Assembly: GCA_965232015.1 (NCBI GenBank)
Contig: OZ246946.1
Span: forward strand, 60,688 to 124,687
DNA from: Vicinamibacteria bacterium
Lineage (GTDB): Bacteria > Acidobacteriota > Vicinamibacteria > Marinacidobacterales > Marinacidobacteraceae
Direction of reading: 5' to 3'
DNA: 64,000 bases
Of the stretch, positions 44,063 to 53,360 are shown in pieces (the first letter of the stretch is position 1; every line of letters begins with the position of its first letter). The notes below the pieces were generated by a model. It did not search any database. It saw only the letters and a program-made list of their open reading frames with translations, and had not been told where the DNA came from. The position numbers and the translations under genes are program-made.

Positions 44063-45243
44063 AGCTGGACCTCGATTTCACGAGTCTCGTCGAGCTGTGC
44101 CAGCGGACGCATGAGGCGACCCGGCGTTCGGCATCTCGCGCCATCGACCGCTCATTGGTCGCCCGAAATTGGCTCTTCGGCTGGTATATCTTGGAGTACG
44201 AGCAGCAGGGCACCTCTGCGCGTCGCGAGCTCTATGGAAGGGAGCTCATCGATCGTCTGGCCGGCAAGCTCCGAACGAGCGGGATCCGGGGTTGCTCACC
44301 CACTAGTCTCAGAAAGTGCCGGGAGTTCTATCGAGCCTTCCCAGAGATTCAACAGACGCCGTCTGTTGAATCTCCCGTCACTCTCGAGATTCGACCGACG
44401 CCGTCTGTTGAATCTTCTCCATCCTCACGATTCCGTCTCTCCGCTAGTTTGGCGCAGCTCGGCGATCGCTTCTCGCTCGGCTGGTCCCACTACGTAGTCC
44501 TTCTGTCCGTCGCCAACCCGGAGGCGCGCCGGTTCTACGAGATCGAGGCCGCCGAGACCGGCTGGAGCGTCCGCGAGCTCAGGCGGCAAGTGAGCACCTC
44601 CCTCTATGAGCGGTTGGTCCTCAGCCGCGACAAGGACGACGCGCTCCGCCTCGCCGCCGAAGGCCAGGTCGTCGAGAAGGCGTCGGACCTGATCAAGGAT
44701 CCCATGGTTCTGGAGTTCCTCGATCTGGAGGAGGTGCCCGCCTACTCCGAGAGCGATCTGGAATCTGCGATCATAGATCGCCTCCAGAACTTCCTGCTGG
44801 AACTCGGTAAGGGCTTCCTCTTCGAGGCACGCCAGAAGCGATTCAGCTTCGATGACAGTCACTTCTTCGTGGATCTCGTCTTCTACAATCGGCTCCTGCG
44901 CTGCTATGTTCTAATCGATCTCAAGATCGGGAGGCTAACGCACCAGGATCTGGGCCAGATGCAGATGTACGTGAACTACTTCGACCGGCATGTGAGGATG
45001 ACGGGAGAGCTTCCGACCGTCGGGATTCTGCTCTGCGAGGACAAGAACGATGCCGTGGTCGAGCTGACGCTCCCTGAGGACGCCAACATCTACGCCTCGA
45101 AGTATCAGCTCTACCTGCCCTCAAAGCGGGAGCTCGCGGACCAAATCGCGCAGGCCCGTGGAGAAGTCGAGAGCCCCCCGAAGGCGAGACGACACTTGTC
45201 TTCTCGAGCCAAGGGCCGGGATGGGAGTCGGGAGACGCCATGA
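44059..45243 (+). CDS. YhcG/DUF1016-family PD-(D/E)XK nuclease-like protein
   Basis: GTG at 44059 overlaps the hsdM stop (GTGA). WSHYVVLL, EARRFYEIEA, GWSVRELRRQ, GFLFEARQKRF...FVDLVFYNRLLRCYVLIDLKIG and QMQMYVNYFD. Confidence 0.85.
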   Translation: MKLDLDFTSLVELCQRTHEATRRSASRAIDRSLVARNWLFGWYILEYEQQGTSARRELYGRELIDRLAGKLRTSGIRGCSPTSLRKCREFYRAFPEIQQTPSVESPVTLEIRPTPSVESSPSSRFRLSASLAQLGDRFSLGWSHYVVLLSVANPEARRFYEIEAAETGWSVRELRRQVSTSLYERLVLSRDKDDALRLAAEGQVVEKASDLIKDPMVLEFLDLEEVPAYSESDLESAIIDRLQNFLLELGKGFLFEARQKRFSFDDSHFFVDLVFYNRLLRCYVLIDLKIGRLTHQDLGQMQMYVNYFDRHVRMTGELPTVGILLCEDKNDAVVELTLPEDANIYASKYQLYLPSKRELADQIAQARGEVESPPKARRHLSSRAKGRDGSRETP

Positions 45244-45301
45244 TCGAGATACCTGTATTGAGGCCTCGGGGCCGCGCGCACCTTCCGATCGGGGTGGGGG
45301 G

Positions 45302-46552
45302 ATGAGCGGACGGCAGCGATTCAGAGACGTGTGGGTGTCGACGCGGTTGGGAGATGTCGCTGACATCAAGAGCGGCGGTACGCCGAGTACGGCGATCCCG
45401 GAGTATTGGAATGGTGGTATTCCGTGGTGCACACCGACCGACATCACTTCGACCGAGGGCAGGGAACTCACGACTACAGCTCGAACCATCACGCGCGAGG
45501 GACTGAGCGCGTGCGGCGCCACTCTGCTTCCGCCAGGCACTCTTCTCCTCTGTAGCCGGGCCACCGTTGGCCATGTCAAGATCGCAACGGCATCTGTCGC
45601 CACAAACCAGGGGTTCAAGTCTCTGATCTGCGGAGGGTCAGTCGGCCATGAGTACCTGTACTACTGTCTGCTCACACTCGCGGACCGGATGCTGGACCTG
45701 GCCACTGGATCCACGTTCCTGGAAATCACCAAGCGCGGCATTGAGAATCTAAAGATCCGTCTTCCGTCGCTCGTCGAGCAGCGGGCCATCGCGACAGTCT
45801 TGTCGGACTTGGATGAGCTGATCGAATCGTTAGAGACGCTCATCGCCAAGAAGCACGATATCAAGCAGGGCGCGATGCAGCGACTCCTCGCGGGCACAAC
45901 TCGCCTTCCAGGGTTCCGGGAGGAATGGGAGGTAAGGCGGCTGGGAGATGTGGCCGAGCTCTGCATGGGACAGACTCCGCCACGTCGAGACGCGTCGTGT
46001 TGGGGAGGCCAACACGTATGGCTGTGTGTCGCAGACCTTGGGCGGAAGACTGTGTTCGACTCTAAGGAGCACGTGAGTGATGTGGCGGTGAGCCGGATGG
46101 GCTTGGTGCGCCGCGGTACACTCCTAATGAGTTTCAAGCTGTCGGTCGGCCGAGTGGCGTTTGCGGGATGCGACTTGTACACGAACGAAGCCATTTGTCA
46201 CTTCGAGAACGTGATGGCAGACGCGGGCTTCTTGTACTATGCGTTGCAGCGCGTCAGGTTTGCTGAATATGGGAGACAGGCGGTGAAGGGCGTGACCCTA
46301 AATTCTGGCACTCTTGCCCGGATTGAAATTCTCTTCCCGCCTCGATCTGAACAGCGTGCGATTTCGCAGGTTCTCTCGGCCATGGACGATGAGATCGCCG
46401 CCATTGAGGGACGCCTTGAGAAGACACGGGCCATCAAGGAGGGGATGATGCAGAAGCTCCTTACCGGAGGCATCCGTCTGCCCATCCCCGAGCATGAGAC
46501 GGAGGGGGTCGGCACCGAAAAAGGGGAGAGAGCTGATGAGCCATGTGGGTGA
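45302..46552 (+). CDS. hsdS: Type I restriction-modification specificity subunit
   Basis: Two target-recognition halves, each followed by a conserved helix (LPSLVEQRAIATVLSDLDELIESLETLIAKK; PPRSEQRAISQVLSAMDDEIAAIEGRLEKTR). Locally lower GC (34/60 in the line at 46021-46080). Confidence 0.9.
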   Translation: MSGRQRFRDVWVSTRLGDVADIKSGGTPSTAIPEYWNGGIPWCTPTDITSTEGRELTTTARTITREGLSACGATLLPPGTLLLCSRATVGHVKIATASVATNQGFKSLICGGSVGHEYLYYCLLTLADRMLDLATGSTFLEITKRGIENLKIRLPSLVEQRAIATVLSDLDELIESLETLIAKKHDIKQGAMQRLLAGTTRLPGFREEWEVRRLGDVAELCMGQTPPRRDASCWGGQHVWLCVADLGRKTVFDSKEHVSDVAVSRMGLVRRGTLLMSFKLSVGRVAFAGCDLYTNEAICHFENVMADAGFLYYALQRVRFAEYGRQAVKGVTLNSGTLARIEILFPPRSEQRAISQVLSAMDDEIAAIEGRLEKTRAIKEGMMQKLLTGGIRLPIPEHETEGVGTEKGERADEPCG

Positions 46553-49500
46553 TCGCGAGATCCGGACTCAGGAGCGAGTCATTGCGCACTTTCGCAACAG
46601 GCTTGGCTATAGCTATCTAGGCAACTGGCAGGACCGGGAGCGCAACTGCAACGTCGAGCGGCGCTTGCTGAGGGCGTTCCTCTCAGGGAGAGGTTACGCC
46701 CCAGCTCTCATCGACAAGGCCATCGCCAAGCTGGAGAAGGCCGCTGGTCCTGGTCGGAGGACCCTCTACGATGCCAACCGCGACGTCTATGCCTTGCTTC
46801 GCTATGGCGCCAAGGTGAGCCCGGGTGTTGGCGAGCACACGGAAACGGTCCGTCTGATCGTGTGGGACGACCCGTCTGCCAACGACTTCGCGATTGCGGA
46901 AGAGGTCACGGTCGTGGGCCGCAACACGAAGCGGCCGGACCTAGTGCTGTATGTGAACGGGATCGCGGTGGGCGTCATCGAGCTCAAGCGTTCCACGGTT
47001 TCGGTGGCGGAGGGGATCCGTCAGAACCTGGCCAACCAAAACGAGCACTTCATCCGTCCCTTCTTCACGACGGTGCAGCTCCTGATGGCGGGGACCGAGA
47101 CCGAGGGGCTCCGCTACGGCGTAATCGGAACTCCCGAGAAGCACTGGCTCCGCTGGACCGAAGCCGGGTCTGCCCAGTCATGCACGCCAAGCCCTTCGCC
47201 CCTTCTCCAGGATCTCGGCTACCTCTGCGCCCCCGAGCGTCTGCTCGAACTGATCCACGATTTCATCGTCTTCGACCAAGGTATCAAGAAGGTCTGTCGC
47301 CACAATCAGTACTTTGGTGTGAAGGAGGCGCAGGCGCGGGTGAGGCGGCGCGAAGGCGGGATCATCTGGCACACCCAGGGTAGCGGCAAAAGCCTCACGA
47401 TGGTGTGGCTCGCGACATGGATTCGCGCAAACCTGTCCGGCGGGCGAGTGCTCGTGATCACGGACCGCACGGAGCTCGACGAGCAGATCGAGTCGGTCTT
47501 CAAGGGCGTGGACGAGGACATCCATCGGACTCGGAGCGGTGCCGACCTCGCCGATGCCCTCCGTGATCCCACCGTGTCGCTGATCTGCTCGCTCGTCCAC
47601 AAGTTCGGAAGCTCCGAGCGGGGCGATGTCGAGCGCTACGTGGAGGATCTTCACTCCCAAGTCGGGAGTGGACCGGTGCCACGCGCCATGACCATCTTCG
47701 TGGACGAGTGCCACCGCACGCAGTCCGGTGCGCTCCACCGGGCGATGAAGGAGATCCTGCCGGAGGCCACCCTGATCGGCTTCACCGGGACGCCTCTGCT
47801 TAAGTTCGACAAGAGCTCGAGCATCGAGATCTTCGGTCCGTACATCCACACTTATAAGTACGACGAGGCGATCCGTGACGAGGTTGTGCTTGATCTCCGC
47901 TACGAGGCCCGCGACATTGATCAGCACCTCACCTCGGAGGCGAGGATAGACCAGTGGTTCGAGGCCAAGACGCGTGGGCTGAGCGATCTGGCACAGGCCC
48001 AGCTCCGCCAGCGCTGGGGAACGATCCGCAGAGTGACAAGTTCAGGCCAGCGGATCGGGAAGATCGCCGCCGACATCCTGATGGACATGGCAACGCGGGA
48101 CCGGTTGCAGAGCGGGCGGGGCAACGCGATGATCGTGTCGGGCAGTGTCCACGCGGCCTGCCGCTTCTTCCAGGCTTTCGACGAGACTGACCTCAAGGGC
48201 AAGTGCGCGATCGTCACCTCATACCGTCCGGCGGCGGGGGACATCGCCGGTGAAGAGACCGGCGAAGGCGCGACCGAGAAACTCTTCAAGTATAGGGTCT
48301 ATCGGCGCATGCTGGCGGATCACTTCGGTGAGCCCGAAGACAGCGCCATGCACAAGGTGGAGCAGTTCGAGCAGGAAGTCAAGCGGCGCTTCGTGAACGA
48401 GCCGGGACAGATGAAACTCCTGATCGTGGTGGACAAGCTCCTGACCGGATTCGACGCCCCGCCGGCGACTTATCTCTACATCGACAAGAAGATGCAGGAC
48501 CACGGCCTCTTCCAGGCGATCTGCCGGGTCAACCGACTCGATGGCGACGACAAGCAGTACGGCTGCGTCATCGACTACAAGGATCTCTTCCGCTCGCTCG
48601 AGGGTGCGATCCTCGACTACACCGGAGAGGCTCTCGGGGGTTACGACCGGGAGGACGTGGAAGGCCTGCTCGCGGATCGACTGGAACGGGGACGCGAGCG
48701 ATTGGAGGAAGCCCAGGAGGCGGTGCGCGCGCTCTGCGAGCCCGTGGAGCCACCCCATGACACCGCGGCGTACCTGCGTTACTTCTGTCACGACGGCACG
48801 GGCGACGAGAGCGAGACGCTTCGCCAGTTGTCGACCAACGAACGGAAGCGCCTCACTCTCTACCGGTTGGTGGCTGCCTTCCTGCGCGCCTACACCGACT
48901 TAGCCAACGAGATGATCGAGGCGGGTTTCAGCGAGGCCCAGTGGCACGCCATCCGGGCCGAAGTGGGGTACTACGAGAACGTTCGGCGAGAGGTCAAGCT
49001 GGCCAGCGGTGACTACGTGGATCTGAAGATGTTCGAGCCCGCCATGCGACACCTCTTGGACTCCTACATCCGGGCAGACGACAGCCGGGAACTCTCTCGC
49101 TTCGATGACATGTCGTTGGTGGACCTGCTTGTGGAGCGTGGCCCATCCGCCACGGATGGGCTTCCGAACGGGATCCGGGGCAGCAAGCGCGCGGTGGCCG
49201 AGACGATTGAGAACAACGTCCGCCGTCTGATCGTGGACGAGATGGCGGTGAATCCGAGGTACTACGAGCGCATGTCCAAGCTGCTGGAGGAGTTGATCCA
49301 GCGGCGCCGGAAAGAGGCGATCGAGTACGAGAAGTATCTACAAGAGGTCGTTGCCTTGGCTCGGCGAGTCAAGTCAGGCGGAGACACTGCATCCTATCCG
49401 GAGGCGATCAACACGTCGGCGCTCCGGGCCATCTACGACAATCTGATCGAACTGACGCCCCCGCCGAGTAACGCGCCTCTGTCGGGGGGAGCGGGAGTCG

Positions 49501-49739
49501 AGGCCGGGAGGGGCGCTGGAGAACCGCACGACGAATACGGATCTGATGTCACGCAGCGTCGGCGGGAGTCCTTCGCGTTAGCCATCGATCGGGCTGTCCG
49601 ACAGGCGAAGAGAGCCGACTGGCGAGATCATCCGATCAAGGAAAAGCAGGTTCGAAGGGCGATCCACGAAGCTCTTGGTCCCTTCTCCAGCCATAGCGGA
49701 AGGATCTTCGACATCGTGAAGGCGCAGAGTGACTACTGA
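46536..49739 (+). CDS. hsdR: Type I restriction endonuclease/helicase subunit
   Basis: ATG at 46536, a 17-nt overlap with hsdS. N-terminal PD-(D/E)XK region (PDLVLYVNGIAVGVIELK). SF2 helicase motifs HTQGSGKSLTM, FVDECHRTQ, GFTGTP and DKLLTGFDAP. Confidence 0.9.
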   Translation: MSHVGDREIRTQERVIAHFRNRLGYSYLGNWQDRERNCNVERRLLRAFLSGRGYAPALIDKAIAKLEKAAGPGRRTLYDANRDVYALLRYGAKVSPGVGEHTETVRLIVWDDPSANDFAIAEEVTVVGRNTKRPDLVLYVNGIAVGVIELKRSTVSVAEGIRQNLANQNEHFIRPFFTTVQLLMAGTETEGLRYGVIGTPEKHWLRWTEAGSAQSCTPSPSPLLQDLGYLCAPERLLELIHDFIVFDQGIKKVCRHNQYFGVKEAQARVRRREGGIIWHTQGSGKSLTMVWLATWIRANLSGGRVLVITDRTELDEQIESVFKGVDEDIHRTRSGADLADALRDPTVSLICSLVHKFGSSERGDVERYVEDLHSQVGSGPVPRAMTIFVDECHRTQSGALHRAMKEILPEATLIGFTGTPLLKFDKSSSIEIFGPYIHTYKYDEAIRDEVVLDLRYEARDIDQHLTSEARIDQWFEAKTRGLSDLAQAQLRQRWGTIRRVTSSGQRIGKIAADILMDMATRDRLQSGRGNAMIVSGSVHAACRFFQAFDETDLKGKCAIVTSYRPAAGDIAGEETGEGATEKLFKYRVYRRMLADHFGEPEDSAMHKVEQFEQEVKRRFVNEPGQMKLLIVVDKLLTGFDAPPATYLYIDKKMQDHGLFQAICRVNRLDGDDKQYGCVIDYKDLFRSLEGAILDYTGEALGGYDREDVEGLLADRLERGRERLEEAQEAVRALCEPVEPPHDTAAYLRYFCHDGTGDESETLRQLSTNERKRLTLYRLVAAFLRAYTDLANEMIEAGFSEAQWHAIRAEVGYYENVRREVKLASGDYVDLKMFEPAMRHLLDSYIRADDSRELSRFDDMSLVDLLVERGPSATDGLPNGIRGSKRAVAETIENNVRRLIVDEMAVNPRYYERMSKLLEELIQRRRKEAIEYEKYLQEVVALARRVKSGGDTASYPEAINTSALRAIYDNLIELTPPPSNAPLSGGAGVEAGRGAGEPHDEYGSDVTQRRRESFALAIDRAVRQAKRADWRDHPIKEKQVRRAIHEALGPFSSHSGRIFDIVKAQSDY

Positions 49740-50520
49740 CTCGGTCGACTCCCTGGTCGGGGCCACGCGGGTCTCGGACGGATCGACGCGGAGAACGCTG
49801 GAGGTCCGCGGGATTCCCGTGGAAGTGACGCGCAAGGGGATCAAGCATCTGCACCTGGGTGTGTACCCACCAGATGGACAAGTTCGCGTGTCGGCACCCC
49901 TCCGGCTCGACGACGACGCCGTGCGTCTCGCCGTCGTTTCGCGTTGGGCATGGATTCGGAAGAAGCGAGCCGAGTTCGCGGGTCAGCGGCGCCAGTCGCG
50001 GCGAGAGTTCGTCTCCGGAGAGAGCCACTATGTCGAGGGGCGCCGGTACCGGTTGGACGTCGTCGAGTGGAGCGGACCGACCCTGATTCACCTTCGTGGC
50101 GGGGGTTGGATTGAGATGTGCGTGCGGCCGGGGGTGGATCGCGACGGCCGCGAGACGTTTCTCTACCGTTGGTACCGTGGCCGCCTTCGGCATCTGGTGT
50201 CGGAGATCATCCCCCCGTGGGAGGGGCGCCTCGGTGTGGAGGTGAAGGAGTGGCGTATCAGACGGATGAAGACGAAGTGGGGCAGCTGCAATTCAGCCGC
50301 CGGCCGGATCTGGCTCAACTCCGAGCTGGCCAAGAAGTCGGTGCGCTGTGTCGAATACGTTGCAGTCCACGAGATGGTACATCTCACTCAGCGGGGGCAC
50401 GGGACCGGATTCGAGGACACCATGGATGAGGTCATGCCGGATTGGCGACGACGCGCCGACGAGCTGAACCGGACGCCTCTTGCCGACGAATACTGGGGAG
50501 CCAACCGAGCCGGCGGGTAA
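49729..50520 (+). CDS. YgjP-like (DUF45/M48-type) zinc metalloprotease associated with the R-M cassette
   Basis: GTG start overlapping the hsdR end. KTKWGSCN, GRIWLNSELAK and VAVHEMVHL (HExxH) are typical of DUF45. Confidence 0.85.
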   Translation: MTTDSVDSLVGATRVSDGSTRRTLEVRGIPVEVTRKGIKHLHLGVYPPDGQVRVSAPLRLDDDAVRLAVVSRWAWIRKKRAEFAGQRRQSRREFVSGESHYVEGRRYRLDVVEWSGPTLIHLRGGGWIEMCVRPGVDRDGRETFLYRWYRGRLRHLVSEIIPPWEGRLGVEVKEWRIRRMKTKWGSCNSAAGRIWLNSELAKKSVRCVEYVAVHEMVHLTQRGHGTGFEDTMDEVMPDWRRRADELNRTPLADEYWGANRAGG

Positions 50521-50536
50521 CGGTCAGCCGACCGGC

Positions 50537-50582
50537 TCAGCGGAGGCCCAGCGCGGCGCCGCTGAGCTCGACCAGCGCCCAC
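50537..50582 (-). repeat. Intact 3' end of the kinase-like gene, partner of the repeat at 41437-41482
   Basis: See 41437..41482. Same orientation, with the stop codon at the same relative position. Confidence 0.5.
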
Positions 50583-51247
50583 AGAAGTCCGCCCACGCCG
50601 AGCGGGACGAACAGGTTGTCGCTTCCGAACGGGCACATCGCCTCGATCCCGGCGGCGGCCGTCCCCACGACCAGTCCGAACGCCACCGCCGGGTGCCAGC
50701 CGAACCCGGCCATGGCGACGAGCGTCACCGCGATCGCAACGGCGGTCACGAGACACATCGCGAGGCTCCCTTCCATCGTCCGGGAGTGGCCGAGGATGGT
50801 GTAGCGCCGGGTGCCGTAGCGCGCCCCGACGACTGCCGCCGCCGCGTCTCCGAGGGCCATCGCGAGGACGGCCGCCACTGCGACGAAGGCGAGGTCGTCG
50901 GCTGTTCCCGGGCGGAAGAAGAGCGCGAGGACGGCGGCGAACGACGCGGGAAAGAACACCGTGCCCAGATTCAGAGGGTCCTCTCCGAAGGCGGGGAGGA
51001 GGCGGAAGCGGTGGATCAGGTAGTTCGTGACCACGAAGGTGAGCGGCGGGATGATCGCGATCCGCCAGTCGGCGAACACCATCACGGTGGGGATCACCCA
51101 CAGGCCGACGCCCACGTGGATCGTCTTCCGCGCCGCGGCTGCCGAGATCGTTCCGAATCGGCGCAGTCCCTCCGCGAGGATCGCCACCGCTCCGACGTAG
51201 GCGTAGCTCAGCGCGAGCGCCGCGCCGTGGTCGAGCGGGACCGTCAC
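50537..51247 (-). CDS. Polyprenol/dolichol/phytol-kinase-like integral membrane protein (SEC59/VTE5/CTP-dependent kinase family)
   Basis: GTG at 51247 overlaps the ATPase stop (GTGA). RKTIHVGVG and LGDAAAAVVGARYG...SRTMEGSLAM motifs. About 6 TM segments. Confidence 0.7.
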   Translation of the reverse strand: MTVPLDHGAALALSYAYVGAVAILAEGLRRFGTISAAAARKTIHVGVGLWVIPTVMVFADWRIAIIPPLTFVVTNYLIHRFRLLPAFGEDPLNLGTVFFPASFAAVLALFFRPGTADDLAFVAVAAVLAMALGDAAAAVVGARYGTRRYTILGHSRTMEGSLAMCLVTAVAIAVTLVAMAGFGWHPAVAFGLVVGTAAAGIEAMCPFGSDNLFVPLGVGGLLWALVELSGAALGLR

Positions 51248-52455
51248 GCCGCGGGGGCCTGTGCCAGCGCCTCGAACAGCTTCGGCTGCTTCATGTGGCT
51301 CTCGAACGGCGCAGCCGGAGTCAGGCCGTTGGCGCGCAGCAGCTCGCCGGCGCCCATGAGGTGCTCCCGGATGGCGTCGCCCGCGCCCTCGGACACAGGC
51401 GCGACTCGAGTGACGCCGGCGTTCCACTCCAGGAGGCGGAGGTGCTCCGGAGCCACCCATTGCGCATCGAGGATGTCCGGGCTATGGGTCGTGATGACGA
51501 CCGAGGTGAAGTCGGTCGCGAGGAGCAGCATGTCCAGGATCGTTCCGACCGCGCCGGGGTGCATCGTGGCTTCGGGCTCCTCGATCACGAGGAGCGAGGG
51601 CGCCGGGGTCTGGAGCACGGCGAGAAGCAGCCCGACGACTCTCAGAGTGCCGTCCGACATGCTGAAGGCCTCGAACGGCACTCGGCGCCCTTCGGTCCAC
51701 CGCTGCTGGAACTGAAGACCCACCTGGTTTCCGTGCTTCTTCGCCGACACCTCCTCGGTCGTCGGCACCACGGTCTCCAGGAGTTCGACGAGTCGCCTGA
51801 CGCTGACGGGGTCTTCCGTACGCATTCGATGCAGCACACTGGCGGCGTTCCGGCCATCCCAATGCAGCCGGAGTCCCGGATCCGGGTCTTGCAGCTTCCG
51901 CAGTTTCGCGGGCTCGATCCGGTAACAGCGCATGTCGCGGAGGAAGCGATACACGGGATCGAATCGGGAGTCTCCGCCAATGAGCGGCAGAGCGAGCGCT
52001 TCCGGCTTGGGCGCTGGCCGCAGCGAACCCACGCTCGCCTCGAAGCGGCCTCTGCGGCGGTCGAACCAGTGTCTGGCGCCTCCTTCGGTATGGACGACGC
52101 ACTGCTCCCGGAAGACTTCGAATCCGTAACCCTTGCGCGCCTTGAGCTCGAAGGCGTAGCGAGCGTGGCTGGTGTCTCCCTCTGGCCCCGTCATCCGCAT
52201 GGCGATGCCCAGATGAGGGGGACGTCCCCCCTTGGGACGACGATTCCGCACGGCCTGGATCCCGCCGCGCCGGTTCAGAACTGATGCGAGCGGCTCGTCC
52301 ATCGCCTCGGCGACCAGCGGGAACGCATCCACCAGGTTGCTCTTCCCCGACCCGTTCCTTCCGACGAGAATCGTAGGGTTCTCGAAGTGCACGACCTGGC
52401 CGGGAAGGCTGCGAAATCCCTTGAGGTTCAGGGAGCGGAGGGAGAGCTGAGACAT
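51244..52455 (-). CDS. SMC/RecF-like AAA ATPase (AAA_15/AAA_21, COG4637-like)
   Basis: Start MSQLSLRSLNLKGFRSL (cat 52453-52455). Walker A GRNGSGKSN, signature-like SDGTLR, Walker B LLVIEEPE, and D-loop/H TTHSP. Confidence 0.8.
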   Translation of the reverse strand: MSQLSLRSLNLKGFRSLPGQVVHFENPTILVGRNGSGKSNLVDAFPLVAEAMDEPLASVLNRRGGIQAVRNRRPKGGRPPHLGIAMRMTGPEGDTSHARYAFELKARKGYGFEVFREQCVVHTEGGARHWFDRRRGRFEASVGSLRPAPKPEALALPLIGGDSRFDPVYRFLRDMRCYRIEPAKLRKLQDPDPGLRLHWDGRNAASVLHRMRTEDPVSVRRLVELLETVVPTTEEVSAKKHGNQVGLQFQQRWTEGRRVPFEAFSMSDGTLRVVGLLLAVLQTPAPSLLVIEEPEATMHPGAVGTILDMLLLATDFTSVVITTHSPDILDAQWVAPEHLRLLEWNAGVTRVAPVSEGAGDAIREHLMGAGELLRANGLTPAAPFESHMKQPKLFEALAQAPAA

Positions 52456-52579
52456 CGGAAGACCGCGGCGGTCGCGCGGCGGGCGAGCGTACCCCACGCC
52501 AGCCGGGCCGGAGACGCTCCGTTGGAGCGGAGATTGGAGGACTCGGCATCGCGTTTTGGCCAGGGGGCTCCCGGGAGGA

Positions 52580-52660
52580 GATGGAGCCGTGGCGGATGCC
52601 GGGCCCCTACCGGCAGAACCGGCGGAGTCCGGCGTCAGCTCTCCCGGTGGGGACCCGGCC
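52580..52660. repeat. Repeat cluster R11 (degenerate)
   Basis: GGATGCCGGGCCCCTACCGGCAGAACCGGCGGAGTCCGGCG ... CTCTCCCGGTGGGGACCCGGCC. Confidence 0.5.
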
Positions 52661-52663
52661 GGG

Positions 52664-53278
52664 TCAGCGACTCGGATCGAATCCGGCTCGGGCCGATTCG
52701 AGTTCTCTCGGAGTGTCGAGGTCGAGGAGTTCCCGGGGGTCGGCGTGGACCGTGGCGATCCGGGATCGGTGGCGGGCGAGGAGATGGCGCGCCCCGAAGT
52801 CGGCGCCGGGTTGCCCGGGTGTGCGCGGCGCGATGCGGGCGGCGAGGACTTCCGGGAAGAGCGCTGCGCTCAGGAGCACCGGGAGGCTCCAGCGGCGCGC
52901 GCGCTCGAGTTCCTCGGTGACGGGAACCACGGCGGCCGGGGTCGGAGAACCTCCGGCGCGGGCGAGCAGCCGTTGGATCAGGTCGGCGCGGAGGAACGGC
53001 TGATCCACCGGGCAGATCAGCGCCCACCGGACGCCGCCCTGCGCCGCGGCGCGGACTCCGGCCTGGAGCGACGACAGCATCCCGCGCCGCCAGGCCGGGT
53101 TCAGGACCGGCCGCACATCGTCGAGACCGCGCAGCTCGGGTGCGATCTGCGGCCGCGCGTGGCCGAGGATCACGAACAGCGGATCAAGTCCCGCGTCGAG
53201 CAGGGTCTCCGCCGCGGCGCGGACCAGCGTTCGGCCCGAGCCATCGGGGTGGGGCAGGAGCGCCTTCACCCGCCCCAT
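52664..53278 (-). CDS. MobA/MocA-like molybdenum-cofactor nucleotidyltransferase; annotated from the first ATG, but the conserved N-terminal loop lies upstream
   Basis: MGRVKALL..., PVDQPFL and the C-terminal part fit NTP_transf_3. In-frame upstream codons encode VAAAGILLSAGASRR with no ATG/GTG/TTG before the in-frame stop at 53399-53401. Confidence 0.65.
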   Translation of the reverse strand: MGRVKALLPHPDGSGRTLVRAAAETLLDAGLDPLFVILGHARPQIAPELRGLDDVRPVLNPAWRRGMLSSLQAGVRAAAQGGVRWALICPVDQPFLRADLIQRLLARAGGSPTPAAVVPVTEELERARRWSLPVLLSAALFPEVLAARIAPRTPGQPGADFGARHLLARHRSRIATVHADPRELLDLDTPRELESARAGFDPSR

Positions 53279-53360
53279 CCGCCGGGACGCCCCGGCGCTC
53301 AGCAGGATCCCGGCGGCCGCGACGCCCGGGTCTCGCCGGGAGCCCGCGGGGGCGGGGCGC

